From Fimbriosthenelais zetlandica (lineage: Eukaryota): a stretch of 64,000 bases of DNA. The notes beneath the pieces were generated by a model that ran no database searches, had not been told where the DNA came from, and was given only the letters and a program-made list of their open reading frames with translations. Of the stretch, positions 38,591 through 50,747 are shown one piece after another. Every line of letters starts with the position of its first letter. Positions within the stretch are counted from its first letter, which is position 1. The DNA is taken from the NCBI GenBank assembly GCA_977030845.1, contig OZ365118.1, positions 3,658,001 through 3,722,000 on the forward strand, read 5' to 3'. Position numbers and translations under genes: made by a program.

Positions 38591-40420
38591 AGCTCAGCAT
38601 GGACGAACATCATACAAGAAACATGGCTCAGCTGAACATCATACAAGCAACATGGCTCAGCTGAACATCATACAAGCAACATGGCTCAGCTGAACATCAT
38701 ACAAGCAACATGGCTCAGCTGAACATCATACAAGCAACATGGCTCAGCTGAACATCATACAAGCAACATGGCTCAGCTGAACATCATACAAGCAACATGG
38801 CTCAGCTGAACATCATACAAGCAACATGGCTCAGCTGAACATCATACAAGCAACATGGCTCAGCTGAACATCATACAAGCAACATGGCTCAGCTGAACAT
38901 CATACAAGCAACATGGCTCAGCTGAACATCATACAAGCAACATGGCTCAGCTGAACATCATACAAGCAACATGGCTCAGCTGAACATCATACGAGCAACA
39001 TGGCTCAGCTGAACATCATACAAGCAACATGGCTCAGCTGAACATCATACAAGCAACATGGCTCAGCTGAACATCATACAAGCAACATGGCTCAGCTGAA
39101 CATCATACAAGCAACATGGCTCAGCTGAACATCATACAAGCAACATGGCTCAGCTGAACATCAAACGAGCAACATGGCTCAGCTGAACATCATACAAGCA
39201 ACATGGCTCAGCTGAACATCATACAAGCTCAGCATGGATCAGGCTCAGCTGAACATCATACAAGCAACATGGCTCAGCTGAACATCATACAAGCAACATG
39301 GCTCAGCTGAACATCATACAAGCAACATGGCTCAGCTGAACATCATACAAGCAACATGGCTCAGCTGAACATCATACGAGCAACATGGCTCAGCTGAACA
39401 TCATACAAGCAACATGGCTCAGCTGAACATCATACAAGCAACATGGCTCAGCTGAACATCATACAAGCAACATGGCTCAGCTGAACATCATACAAGCAAC
39501 ATGGCTCAGCTGAACATCATACAAGCAACATGGCTCAGCTGAACATCAAACGAGCAACATGGCTCAGCTGAACATCATACAAGCAACATGGCTCAGCTGA
39601 ACATCATACAAGCTCAGCATGGATCAGGCTCAGCTGAACATCATACAAGCAACATGGCTCAGCTGAACATCATACAAGCAACATGGCTCAGCTGAACATC
39701 ATACAAGCAACATGGCTCAGCTGAACATCATACAAGCAACATGGCTCAGCTGAACATCATACAAGCAACATGGCTCAGCTGAACATCATACAAGCTCAGC
39801 ATGGATCAGGCTCAGCTGAACATCATACAAGCAACATGGCTCAGCTGAACATCATACAAGCAACATGGCTCAGCTGAACATCATACAAGCAACATGGCTC
39901 AGCTGAACATCATACGAGCAACATGGCTCAGCTGAACATCATACAAGCAACATGGCTCAGCTGAACATCATACAAGCAACATGGCTCAGCTGAACATCAT
40001 ACAAGCAACATGGCTCAGCTGAACATCATACAAGCAACATGGCTCAGCTGAACATCATACAAGCAACATGGCTCAGCTGAACATCATACAAGCAACATGG
40101 CTCAGCTGAACATCATACGAGCAACATGGCTCAGCTGAACATCATACAAGCAACATGGCTCAGCTGAACATCATACAAGCAACATGGCTCAGCTGAACAT
40201 CATACAAGCAACATGGCTCAGCTGAACATCATACAAGCAACATGGCTCAGCTGAACATCATACAAGCAACATGGCTCAGCTGAACATCAAACGAGCAACA
40301 TGGCTCAGCTGAACATCATACAAGCAACATGGCTCAGCTGAACATCATACAAGCAACATGGCTCAGCTGAACATCATACAAGCTCAGCATGGATCAGGCT
40401 CAGCTGAACATCATACAAGC
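38591..40420. repeat. 29-bp minisatellite, ~61 units, with higher-order structure
   Basis: Unit AACATCATACAAGCAACATGGCTCAGCTG. Variants: TACGAG at 38983, 39368, 39906 and 40109; AAACGAG at 39157, 39542 and 40283; a 37-bp form at 39215, 39600, 39782 and 40370. Confidence 0.99.
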
Positions 40421-40570
40421 CTGCTTTCCTTCTCCAGTACAGCTTTCTTTCCCTATAGTATGACCTTCTTTCCCCAGCATACTTTCTTATCCTAGTATGA
40501 CCTTCTTTCCCCAGCATACTTTCTTATCCTAGTAGGACCTTCTTTCCCCAGTACAGCTTTCTTTCTCCAG
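40421..40570. repeat. 37-bp pyrimidine-rich tandem repeat (dimer of ~18-19 bp subunits) abutting the 29-bp array
   Basis: AGTATGACCTTCTTTCCCCAGCATACTTTCTTATCCT starts at 40457, 40494 and 40531 (partial), with degenerate subunits on both sides. Confidence 0.8.
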
Positions 40571-41909
40571 TATACTCTCTCACCCTTGTATGGCGCTCTG
40601 TGCCATAGCACGTCTCTTTCCATAGCATGGCACTCTTTCCCTAGTTTGCTTTCCTCCCCTTTACATAGCGTATGTCTCATTGTCTAAGATGTCTTTCTTT
40701 CCTTATCATGGGTGTCTTTTCCTAATGTATCTTTCTTGTATTAGGAGGCTTTCTTTCTTTACTATGACTTTATTTCTCCAGTATGTCTCCCCCCCCCCGC
40801 CACATACACTTAGACGCCTCATATATATCAGACCTTTCATCCCCCACTACTCTCCTGTGGCCATTCCGTTTCAAATGCTGGTTTGAAGTTTGAACCATGC
40901 AATTTGGAGCAGGGATAAAGTTGGAGGTCTTAATCCCTCTGACCCTTAATATGTGTCAAGGTTTTTGATTAGCACAATCACTAAAGCCACCCTCTCTGGG
41001 CAAAAGAAATGAAAGCCATAATTATTTCTCCTTTTATACAAGGACTTGAATAGAATAGAAGTTGGGGAGTGATCTGTGTGTGGAGAGAGGGAAGAACGTC
41101 TCCTGTATTGTCTTAGTCCTCACTGTCATCATGTCTGTTTTTTATGTCCGGGGGCATTTTAATATGCTACCTGAAAGGCGGGCATTTCTATGTAGAGAGG
41201 CTGGGGTCTTGATTATAGACATTGTGTGTTGTTCCTCTTACCATGGCTGATATATATGAGAGGTGGGGGGGGGGGGGGGGGTGGGGCTCTCCGGCTGAGT
41301 TGAGGAGTTGAGAGCATGAATATCAGGATTGTCAAAAGCAGGAGCTGATGTATTAGGTTGGAGAGGAAGAAGCGTTGAATTAGCCCCAGGCTTCTTTTTA
41401 CTTCTCGCAAGGCAATGGAATGTGAGAGGACTGAGCCTACTGAGTGATTAAGCTTGGTTCCTTCTCTGCCACTTGATTTGAACCTCCAGATGCATTAGGC
41501 TCAAGGGTTAGAACAAGGGAGCACCTGGCATTGTATTACATCTATTTGTATTGCTCAATCATCCCTGGCCTGCCTTCCATACGAGTCCATCATTTTATCC
41601 CACAGTTGGGCCTTCCCTCCATAATCCCTCAGGTGGAGCTGCTGCTATAGTAGGGATGGTTGCTATATTTGCGACTTGTTCATTTATGAAAGTAAAGCCA
41701 AGAGTATGGAGCAGATGCCATGCTCTGTTTCTCTCCCTACAGAAGCCAATTACAATATGTAAACAAATAAAGAAAGCCCGCCCGGGGAAGTTGAAATATG
41801 GATGATGTCAATCGTTAACAGAATTCTCTTGTTCCCTTAACGATATATAACAAGCATTTCTCCTAAAAGAACAAGGCCCTTCCAGACATCCCAGGAGACT
41901 CTTTTGAAT

Positions 41910-42020
41910 TGATCAAAAATGGCGCCTCGTCCCACTGCTTTCCCATCATCCCCAGCTAACGCAGGGTGATGACGTCACATCCGCTGGAAATAATGCCCGG
42001 GGGAAGCGGAAGTGGCATGT
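41910..42020 (+). promoter_or_regulatory. Cluster of housekeeping-promoter-type motifs
   Basis: YY1-like AAAATGGCG at 41916-41924, CRE palindrome TGACGTCA at 41970-41977, ETS/GABP CGGAAGTG at 42007-42014, with local CpG retention. No downstream gene identified. Confidence 0.35.
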
Positions 42021-45000
42021 ACAATGGTGGCGGCGTTGTGTCTTGTGTCTGCACAGCAGCAGTGGGAAGCACCTTAGACCTGGGATGTGGAACCCTTGGG
42101 ATTCACTGGAGCCATGCAAATTTATTAGCAGGGAAATGACCAGCGGAGAAAGAGCGTGTTTATTATGGAATGTAGGGGCGACTTAATTGCACTGATTCGA
42201 TTACGATCAGGGGGACATTATGGCATCACGGCAAAGCGCTGACGCGATATCGCTAAGATTTATCGCGTTTGGATCGATTGCAATGACACTAAGTCGCGTC
42301 TCACAGGAGCGATATAAGACGCTTTATGGTATATATGTAGGCGGGGAGCGGGTGGTGGATGCTATGAGGGAGTGCTACACTGATGAGCAGACCGCCTTCA
42401 AGTGTAGAAAACATTAAACATATGGCACAGTGCAGCCATATAACTTTAAATATATCCCAGGGTATTTAAGAAGAACCTGCTCTTGCTTGTGATATTTCTC
42501 TGTCTTTTTGTTGCCTTTGACTGACGGCCGTTCCTCCCAATCATCATGGGGCTGGAAATTACTCTGTCAGGCATTTACAAAGCTGAATGGTGAAATCATT
42601 ACACTGATGAGGCTCGACATGATTGAGACATTTTCTGCCACTTTTGACAGATTGAAAGTCTCACAAATAGTGGGGGCTGTCCATCCGCTGTCTGCGGTAT
42701 GACAACGTCCCCACCACTTATGGCATGCCAATCTCGTTTGGATAACAAGATGGTGATGTAATTTGGAGGTGACGTAATATTGGGGTTGGTCTCTCTCTCT
42801 GAGGCGATGAAGCGATAAGCAAATGATTCGCTCAACAAGCCTTCAGATGGGAACTGTGGGCCGGTTAAGCCATGTTACGTCTCTCCTCCAGTCAGACTCG
42901 GTGATAAATATCACCTTATTTGCCTGAGGACGACCCCCATTTCAATGAACTACTTACATCAGACATAGTGGGGACTGTGTAACTAATTTCCTTACTGAAA
43001 TATAGCTGTCAACAGTTGACAGCTAACACCAGCTGTTAGTATAAATCACTGACAGCAGCTTCAAATACAGTATGATACATATACACATCATATATACATG
43101 TATAAAGTCAGTGAATGTAATGTCACAGCTTATATATCACTGTTTCTACAAAGCTCAGTCCATATAAACTATAATTAATCAGGGTATAGCAAATGGTTAA
43201 AGCCAAATTGTCAATAACTGTCTTCTCTGTGTCATTTCAGTCTTTATATACAAGTGAAGGTACACCAGAACTTCTCTAAAAGTCTCATACCCAAACCCAG
43301 GCGGAAAGCCTGCGCATGCGTGATAACACTGTACCATTTGGGTTGGTATGCCAACCAGGTATTGGTATGCAGGAGTCTAAGGTTTGACTACTGCTTGTAA
43401 ACAAACCCTTGTGGAAATTACCACAGAGCAAGGCCTCAGCAATGAAAGAGAATGTATTCATTCGTAAGGTAATTGGGAAGTTTACATTTGCAAAGGGTCT
43501 TGTATATCCCATTGAATGCTTTGTCAATCACACTGCAAATTACACATCATTCCCTCGTCTACTTGGACTGACATGACACCACATGTTACCCTTAAATCCT
43601 GATTAAGTTTCTCTAAGAAAACCATTTCCAGTGCCTGAAGATATGGATGACAATGTTTAACTTAATATTTAACTTGACCTTTGAAGGCCATCATTCTGTA
43701 AGTCAAAACCACTTAAATTCAATTGAGATTGATGGCTACTTGCTTGGTTATTTGAGGCAGTGAAAGGTCATAATAAGATGGAAACTTTGGAGGCTCAGCC
43801 ATTCTTATCACATCTTCACAAACAAATTTGTGAACTTATAGATCTTCATGACGTTTGCTACTCAAATTTGCAACAGTATGTATGTAGGAACAATTCATTT
43901 AAACCAAAATGATTGCAGATATAGCGACAAGGTGGCATTTCAAGTCAATAATTCGCCTTTTACCTTTTGCCATTGGTTTAATTAATATCTCAGAGATCAA
44001 GGATCCAAATTTTTCTTTAGAGGACAATGTGATTTCAACAAGTGTCAAATTGAGTTATTTCTTTAAGGTGACACCTTATTAACTATGAGACTAGTAGATG
44101 TGTTATGGTATAGATGAATCATGATATAGGCCTACATCACCGAGACCCAATATTCAAACATTCTACCCGGGTAAATGTTCAGGTGCCAGATTCTGTCACT
44201 TAATTAAGCTAATTAATGAGCACTGGCTAAAATCTCCAAGTCAGAAGGAGGAAGTGTTTAGTCTTCATTTGTAGGAGAGATGGAGCATGGCCTGGCCTTA
44301 TTTGGAGTGAAGCTGAGAGGGCCAGGCAGGGAGACAATCTCTGTGCGATAAACAAAATCTAACGCCACATGAAGCCGGGCCAAGCTTTGGCTTTTGTAAT
44401 ATAAGAGCACAAAATATCTTTGGCTGGTTTTTTAACCTTTCAATGTTATTAACCAGGTACCCAAATGGCTCATAAAATGACATTATCCTTTTCTTCCAAG
44501 TTTGTGCTGATAAAATATGATGTAGTTTTGGAGGAAAGTGCCATCCTCATCCATATTACATCAAGGAATCAGGCTGCAACAATACATGGGCCTTGGATAT
44601 CGTACTGACACACATTCAGTGTGATCTCTGAGCTTCAGAATCATGTAAACCTTATTGCATGTATATATGTACAAGGGAATCTCTAGTGCCATTGCTGACT
44701 AGGTTTCCAAGGACAGAACCAGGGGATCAGGAACCCCTACCCCCGCCAATTCACAGTTGATTTGTTCTTTCAAATAGTACATTTTTGGGTCCACAAGGCT
44801 GGACCTACTCCCCCTTCCCCGTTCATATATGACTGCCCCCTACATTTCTGACTCCCCCTCCCCCTTATAAAACCCCAGTTTGATGCATGCCAGCCTGTCC
44901 ATGCCTCCCATCACCCACTACCCGTCCCCTGGTGCCAGGACTTCAATGGTATTCTTGAGGCGACATGCCAGGTGTCATAAATCTACAGGCTGTGTCAGCG

Positions 45001-45329
45001 ATGTGATTAGCTCCATGCCTACACCTATTTATTTCCTTCTCGCGGGATTTATTTGCCTCCGACACCATTCTTAACAGGCTGTTGGCCTAAAGCAGGCGAT
45101 AATACCTGACTTTCTGCACTACAGACTGTGCTAGGTGACATGTGACCTCGTGGCGCCATCTGGGGATGAGCTAGGAGGCCATCTAGCCTGCATTAAAATC
45201 AGCCAACGCCACCTCCTTTATTATCGCTCAGAGACCAGGCACTCCGACCAAACCCTTTACACCCTGTTAGTAGATTCAATATAGCCACTACAAAAGACAC
45301 CTATATATAAGGTTCAAGCAAAGATAGGC

Positions 45330-45480
45330 CTTCTATAGTGGTTCAAGTTTAACAGCAAGGTTAGGGCAGATTCAGAGCCAATACATGAACCAAAGGGTTC
45401 TGGGTTCGAATCCCAGCCTTCATCTTTCCATAAGATCACTTATTAGGGCACATCTTTCACCAGTGCTTCAGGAGAACAGA
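45330..45480 (+). mobile_element. Decayed tRNA-derived SINE (different family)
   Basis: B-box GGTTCGAATCCC at 45403-45414, preceded by GAACCAAAGGGTTCT (anticodon/variable-arm-like). The body is only weakly CORE-like. Confidence 0.4.
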
Positions 45481-48364
45481 AGGCAACTGATACAGGCAAA
45501 TAAATGTACCAAACTAAAGTAATGCTTCAGTTAAAACCTAGTGGCACATGCATGTGTATCTAGTCAACAAATGCACACAAAACATCATTTTATTGAATGT
45601 GTAAATGACATTTTCCTCCTCGCCTCCCCTTCTTGTTTGCCAGCCTTCAACACTCTAACAGAAAGTCAAAGTACATTTAAACGGCACACACAGGAAATGT
45701 GCATATCATGCATAACGCTCGACACTCGAGGAGAACATAGGAGCATCAAAAAACGATTGAAGTGTATTAATAGAAAATGAGGTATCCCGTCAATAAATAG
45801 GTGGAAGGTTGGACTAATGGGCAATGTCAGATTGTGATGATGGTTTGTGAGGAGATCGATGTAGACTATTTCATCTGATGAAGTCTCTCTAATGTTGCTT
45901 TTCCACATGATCAAGCAGCAAACAGGCTATCACGGCCTCAGGTACTGAAATACCTCAACCACACAACCTTACCCATTAACCGTACGTACAACCCCTTTTT
46001 ACTATACTTCTTTGCCAACATAATATTTGCTCCCATCAAAGTGTGGTTCAGCTCTGGTGTTGCCTTACTTGAATGCACCAAGTACCCTTCATAGAAGCAT
46101 TTCATTGCAATTCAGTCTTTAGATGAGAAGGGTTCTCTATGATAAATTATCACAGAAAGACCTCTCTTAAAACCAGGGTTCTTTCTTGCAACTGACAATC
46201 ACAAAATCCATTGAAGATGGGTTGAAACAAACAAATCGATTTTAATAAATGTTTAGAAAGAGAATGTGTTCAAATGTTTTTGTGCTGCATTTAGGACATT
46301 AATGTGGGGTGGGGGAGGGGGGTGGGGGGGGGGGGGGGTAGTTGGTGCCCATGTGGCTGGAGCAGTGTATAGGGTAAGCATCAGTAAGATAGGAAGATGA
46401 AGGACTGGCCGTTGGCTTACTCAAGCAGATAGCATGCCAAGCTTTGGTCAGTGGACGCGGCTGACCACTAAATGACGTCACCACAACAGACTCCACATCT
46501 TTGATCTCTTAAAATTCACGAGATGTCCACCCACAGCTGTCCACAATGCGGCTAGCTTGGGTCTTTTTCTGCATTTCCCTTCTGTGGTTTGTCTTCTTTG
46601 AAGAGTAAGCTTTCAGTTTTTCCTTCAAATCTACTGACAGTACTGTGATAGGGGCCAACAGTTATATACATTATACTTGACGTGTGTGATTCTCTAGCAT
46701 GTGGCAAGCTGACTAAAGAGCATCTTAAAGTAGACATTGGCATAATATACATGTAAAACAACACACTTAAAAATAACAAAATAGAAGGAATATATCTAGC
46801 TTCTCTAATGGGTTGTAGTCTCTGTTAATGAGACATGATTATATAAAGCAAAGCTCATCAGTGAGCAATTATTATAAAATATTAAACTAGACAGGCTGTG
46901 TGACTGTCAGCACGGAGGTTAGTAATAGTCTGTGATACGGCTGTGTGTTTTACACGTCTGGCCTTCATGCCTCGAAACTCAGCTATAAATCAAACACTGC
47001 GACAACATGTTAACATTTACAAACTAATTTATAATAATCCAAGGCCGAGCAGACCTTGAAAGTCTCTCAGGTCTTTTTAATTGAGACTGTCTGGAGTGGA
47101 ACTTGTAATGATGTAAGAGACTTTCTCAGGATATATTCGGCGGTAGAAGATATAAGAAAACAATATATCAAAGAATCCCTGGGACCAACACCTCCAAGGT
47201 TTCTAATCCCTCCACCATCATACTCACTAAGCTCATATAGGTGCAAATCAGCACATTCCATATGTAGCACCCTCCCCTCCTCCTCCACCATACAGGTCCT
47301 ATACTCCCCTTAACAATAACCTCTTCCTCCAGGCCTTCCACTGGAGGACCCCCTGTCATGTGAAGGAGTTGGAGGATCCACTCTACATTCAGGCGTACCT
47401 TTCACCAGCATGGAGGGCCCACCCGAACCACTTGTCGGGCGGTAATTGAGGTCGTTTCAATAAATAAATCCAGCTGGGCATGTCAGCGCTTGGTGGCATC
47501 CCTGCCCATTGTCATGCACTTGGATTTATGTCCTAAGCACAGTTCACACCTATCCGGCGCTGGAATAATTAGAATAATCTGACTTTTGTTTTGTTTCCTC
47601 GCACAAAAGTAATGGAAATCTGTCTAGGAGGCAATTGTTGGGGGCATGTTTTATTCATATGGTAGATTGCGTTTGGGCGCTGTAACTTATCAATCATGGC
47701 GTGATTTACATGACCATGTTAGTCTTCTCACAGTCGGGGTTGGTGAGTATTTCATCACGTTTTAAAATCATTCACTTTACTACCTGTAGTTGTATGCGGT
47801 CTAACGTCACTTTTAACTATCTTTCAGTTATCTCATGACGGTGCCTACTTGTGACAGTGAGCCCTATGCTAATTTATAATGTTGCCTCACTGAGGTATCA
47901 CGTCGCAGGCACATGATACCTCACCCAGTCACATTATCCTGACATCAATATCAAAGTATATTGATCCATCTATTATAAATCATATTCTTCAGTTCAATCA
48001 CAACCACTGATACGTCAATGATTTGTTTTATCTAAAGTACCTCAGGCCTTTTCTAATTAACAAATTAGTATTGATCGTCTAACACTTCCCGCACGTTTCA
48101 TATTCAATTCATCTCATCGTCAGTGTTCCCTATATGGCGTTAAGATACATTACCATCACTCCATGTGCCACAAGCAAAAACATATATCTCCTTCATAAGT
48201 ACTTCACTGATATAAATCAATCACTGTACATGGCACTAAAAGAAAGTGCCCACTCGCCCCCTCTCACTATTGTGTGATGCATTAAAATGTTCAATATCAA
48301 CTTCTTATGCTGGGTCTTTTTAGCTTCGTCTTAGCTTCATGAATCAAGCTTTAGGCAGTGTATG

Positions 48365-48457
48365 GTCGTTAGCGACAGGATTGTCGTTAGTAACAAACTC
48401 CCCGGGATTCCCACCCGGGATATTTTATGTGACGTAAGAGACTATCCCGGAAATCCC
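48365..48457. other. Dense inverted-repeat cluster (stem-loop or MITE relic)
   Basis: GGGATT (48404) pairs with AATCCC (48452), enclosing CCGGGATA (48415) and TATCCCGG (48443). GTCGTTAGCGAC and CGACA-GGAT-TGTCG hairpins lie upstream. Confidence 0.6.
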
Positions 48458-50689
48458 AACAATGAAAACAAGGAGTGCTAGATGGAGTATACGGAAGGGA
48501 AATGGGAGATAAAGGAAGATGGCCGTGGAGGAGTAGGTGGGGGTGGGGGGAGGAGGTGGGGGTGGGGGGTGGGAGTAGGTGGAGTGGGGGTCGATATGTA
48601 ATGATAAGTGTAAATCAGGACCAAGGCGGCGTGGATTAGGGACTAGAGATTAAAGAGTAGGAAGGTGTGTATCGTGAGGGGTGTAGACAATGGTGGCTAA
48701 TACCATTAGATTGCTATCACTGCCAGGCCGGGTATATTTATACCAGCAGGGAGTGCTAATAGGGGTATGATAGGAGGCTGTGATGAGAGGTGAGAGGGAA
48801 GAGCTGGTAGTTAACATGGGGGCGAGCAGCTCGGTGATGCCACCCTGGAGCTCAGTCAGTAACTACAGGATCACCCCCTCCCCCCCCCCCCACTGTATAG
48901 GTACACTTTGAATCACCTGGCAAGTGGCCCAGGGACATGGCCTTCCTTCTGAGCAAACATTTGGCTGAAATATTATACAAGTTTCCAAGTAGGAGGCTAA
49001 ATGCGCCATACTAAGTCCTACTCTTATAATCTTAACGTCCTAACTGAGGGAAATCTAGATAATATTTCACCTCACTTCCACAGTTGCTTAATTAGTCCAG
49101 CCAGAGGAAGCTATCAATTTACATATATTATAGATGGTTATCAAGGATCAGTAATCAGCAAGCCTGAAGGGAAGTCAGTCTGAAGGGAAGCTGGTGTAAA
49201 GGGAGGCTAACTTCTCCTCTGTTCAGACCATGGCATGACTTGTATTTGTGACGTGGGAGTGCCACCATCATCTTGTACCCTTTCTTCTGGGGTCCATGTC
49301 ATTTTCCGTAACCCCAAGGAAAGGCATCCATTTGCAAACCCTTTGGGAGGCCAGCCCTCATCTGCTTTGAAGTCATCTTTCTACAGGCAGATTGTGCTAT
49401 TTATTCCCATCTCAGCATTTGATGCATCTACTACTTCAGTCTTTCTAAATGTCGATGTGCCATGATACAAACTAGCTCAGTTTGATATTTGGGATTATTT
49501 GTATTTTTTCGCCAGGAGGAATGCGGCACATCAGTCTATCATGGGGCCAGCCTCTTTGAAGGATGATCAAAAACGGTCGGAGAATTAATTAGCGTACAAT
49601 TTTCTACGCGTTTCATCCTTGTTGTGGATATTTGATGGGTCCTTCTTTCATGTCAGATTGGACGTTTTTCCCCGGTGTGGAAAAACTCAAAGGGTTTCCC
49701 AGTAATAATCATTAGTATGTTATCTCCACATTTTTATCAGAGTTTCAGTTGTTAATAGATATTACCAAGGACCAGGTATCTCAGACTGAAGCTAGATTTA
49801 GATATAAATGGATATAAGTCCATGCCTTCCCTCACCAACAAGTCCCACTCCCACATTCTCAACTCCATTAAGAACTGATTTGTGGGAAGAAATGCACACA
49901 ATTACTCTGAACAAACTGAAGAGAAATATCCATCAAAAGAACTAATGACTTGGCAGAGTAAATAGTGGTTCAATCACACAGTGAGAATGTCTTATAAGCT
50001 ACATTATAAGGAATTGATTTCCCATGAAGTCCATATGAAGTGTAATTCAAATTCAATCATTGAAGCAGTGACGCTGGCCGGGTAGAGAGAGCAGAAGCCT
50101 CTATATACGCGTCATTCAATCCCTCCCACCAAGAACAGTTAATTTTACATTAAGCTACAAATACCTCGCTTTTTAACACACAATGGATAACAACAGGCGT
50201 GTATAAGCACTGTATTACATCTACCATGGCCTTGGTATATCTCTACCATATCTAAAGCCAATAATAACAGTGATATTTTTTTGTATGTGTTTTTGAACGC
50301 ATTAAGACACCCAGACCAGCGCTCTAGCTTAGCTTTACTACCAGAAAAAGCCGAGCCGGGATGTAATTAGCTTTGGTTATCTCAATTGGTTTTAGGAGCG
50401 GGAACAAGTGTTTTTATACTCAACGTAACGCAAGAAAGAGATGAGTTTCTACAAATAAGAACCTAATACTTACGCCTTTCTTGCTTAATACAGCTTGAAG
50501 AAATACACATTTAAATACGCGTACCTTCATATGTACATACAAAAAACATCCACCTATAATATTACATCAACGATTCAATTTCCAACAAAAACAAGACAGA
50601 TAATACGGCACTCATGAAAAAATAAATCATATTAAAAGTGCATAGAAAAACAATAGAGAATGAAACTTAAATCTAGATACAGAACTTAC

Positions 50690-50747
50690 CAGCCAAGGGT
50701 AGTGACGATTCGGATGTTATCGTCAGTAGAGGATATTACTGCATTTC
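50690..50747 (-). other. Candidate 58-nt spliced exon
   Basis: Acceptor TCTTGATTTTATTGCAG| and donor CTG|GTAAGT. The interior retains CpGs. One frame is open (NAVISSTDDNIRIVTTLG), not recognised. Confidence 0.35.

Noticed and set aside
38591-40420. CRISPR-like array (29-bp repeats)
   Set aside because: The units are directly adjacent with no unique spacers, there are no cas genes, and the context is eukaryotic. It is not coding either: the unit length is not a multiple of 3 and TGA recurs.
42018-42140. TLDLGCGT peptide resembling methyltransferase motif I
   Set aside because: It lies in a 40-codon ORF with no splice sites or further motifs, as expected by chance.
47120-47230. RIY..YIKESL, resembling a Gypsy protease-RT junction
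   Set aside because: One motif with the wrong spacing and no downstream RT motifs; too weak to call.
50371-50382. CTTTGGTTATCT, matching the 5' part of miR-9
   Set aside because: Only 12 nt match, the rest of the mature sequence differs, and there is no precursor hairpin.
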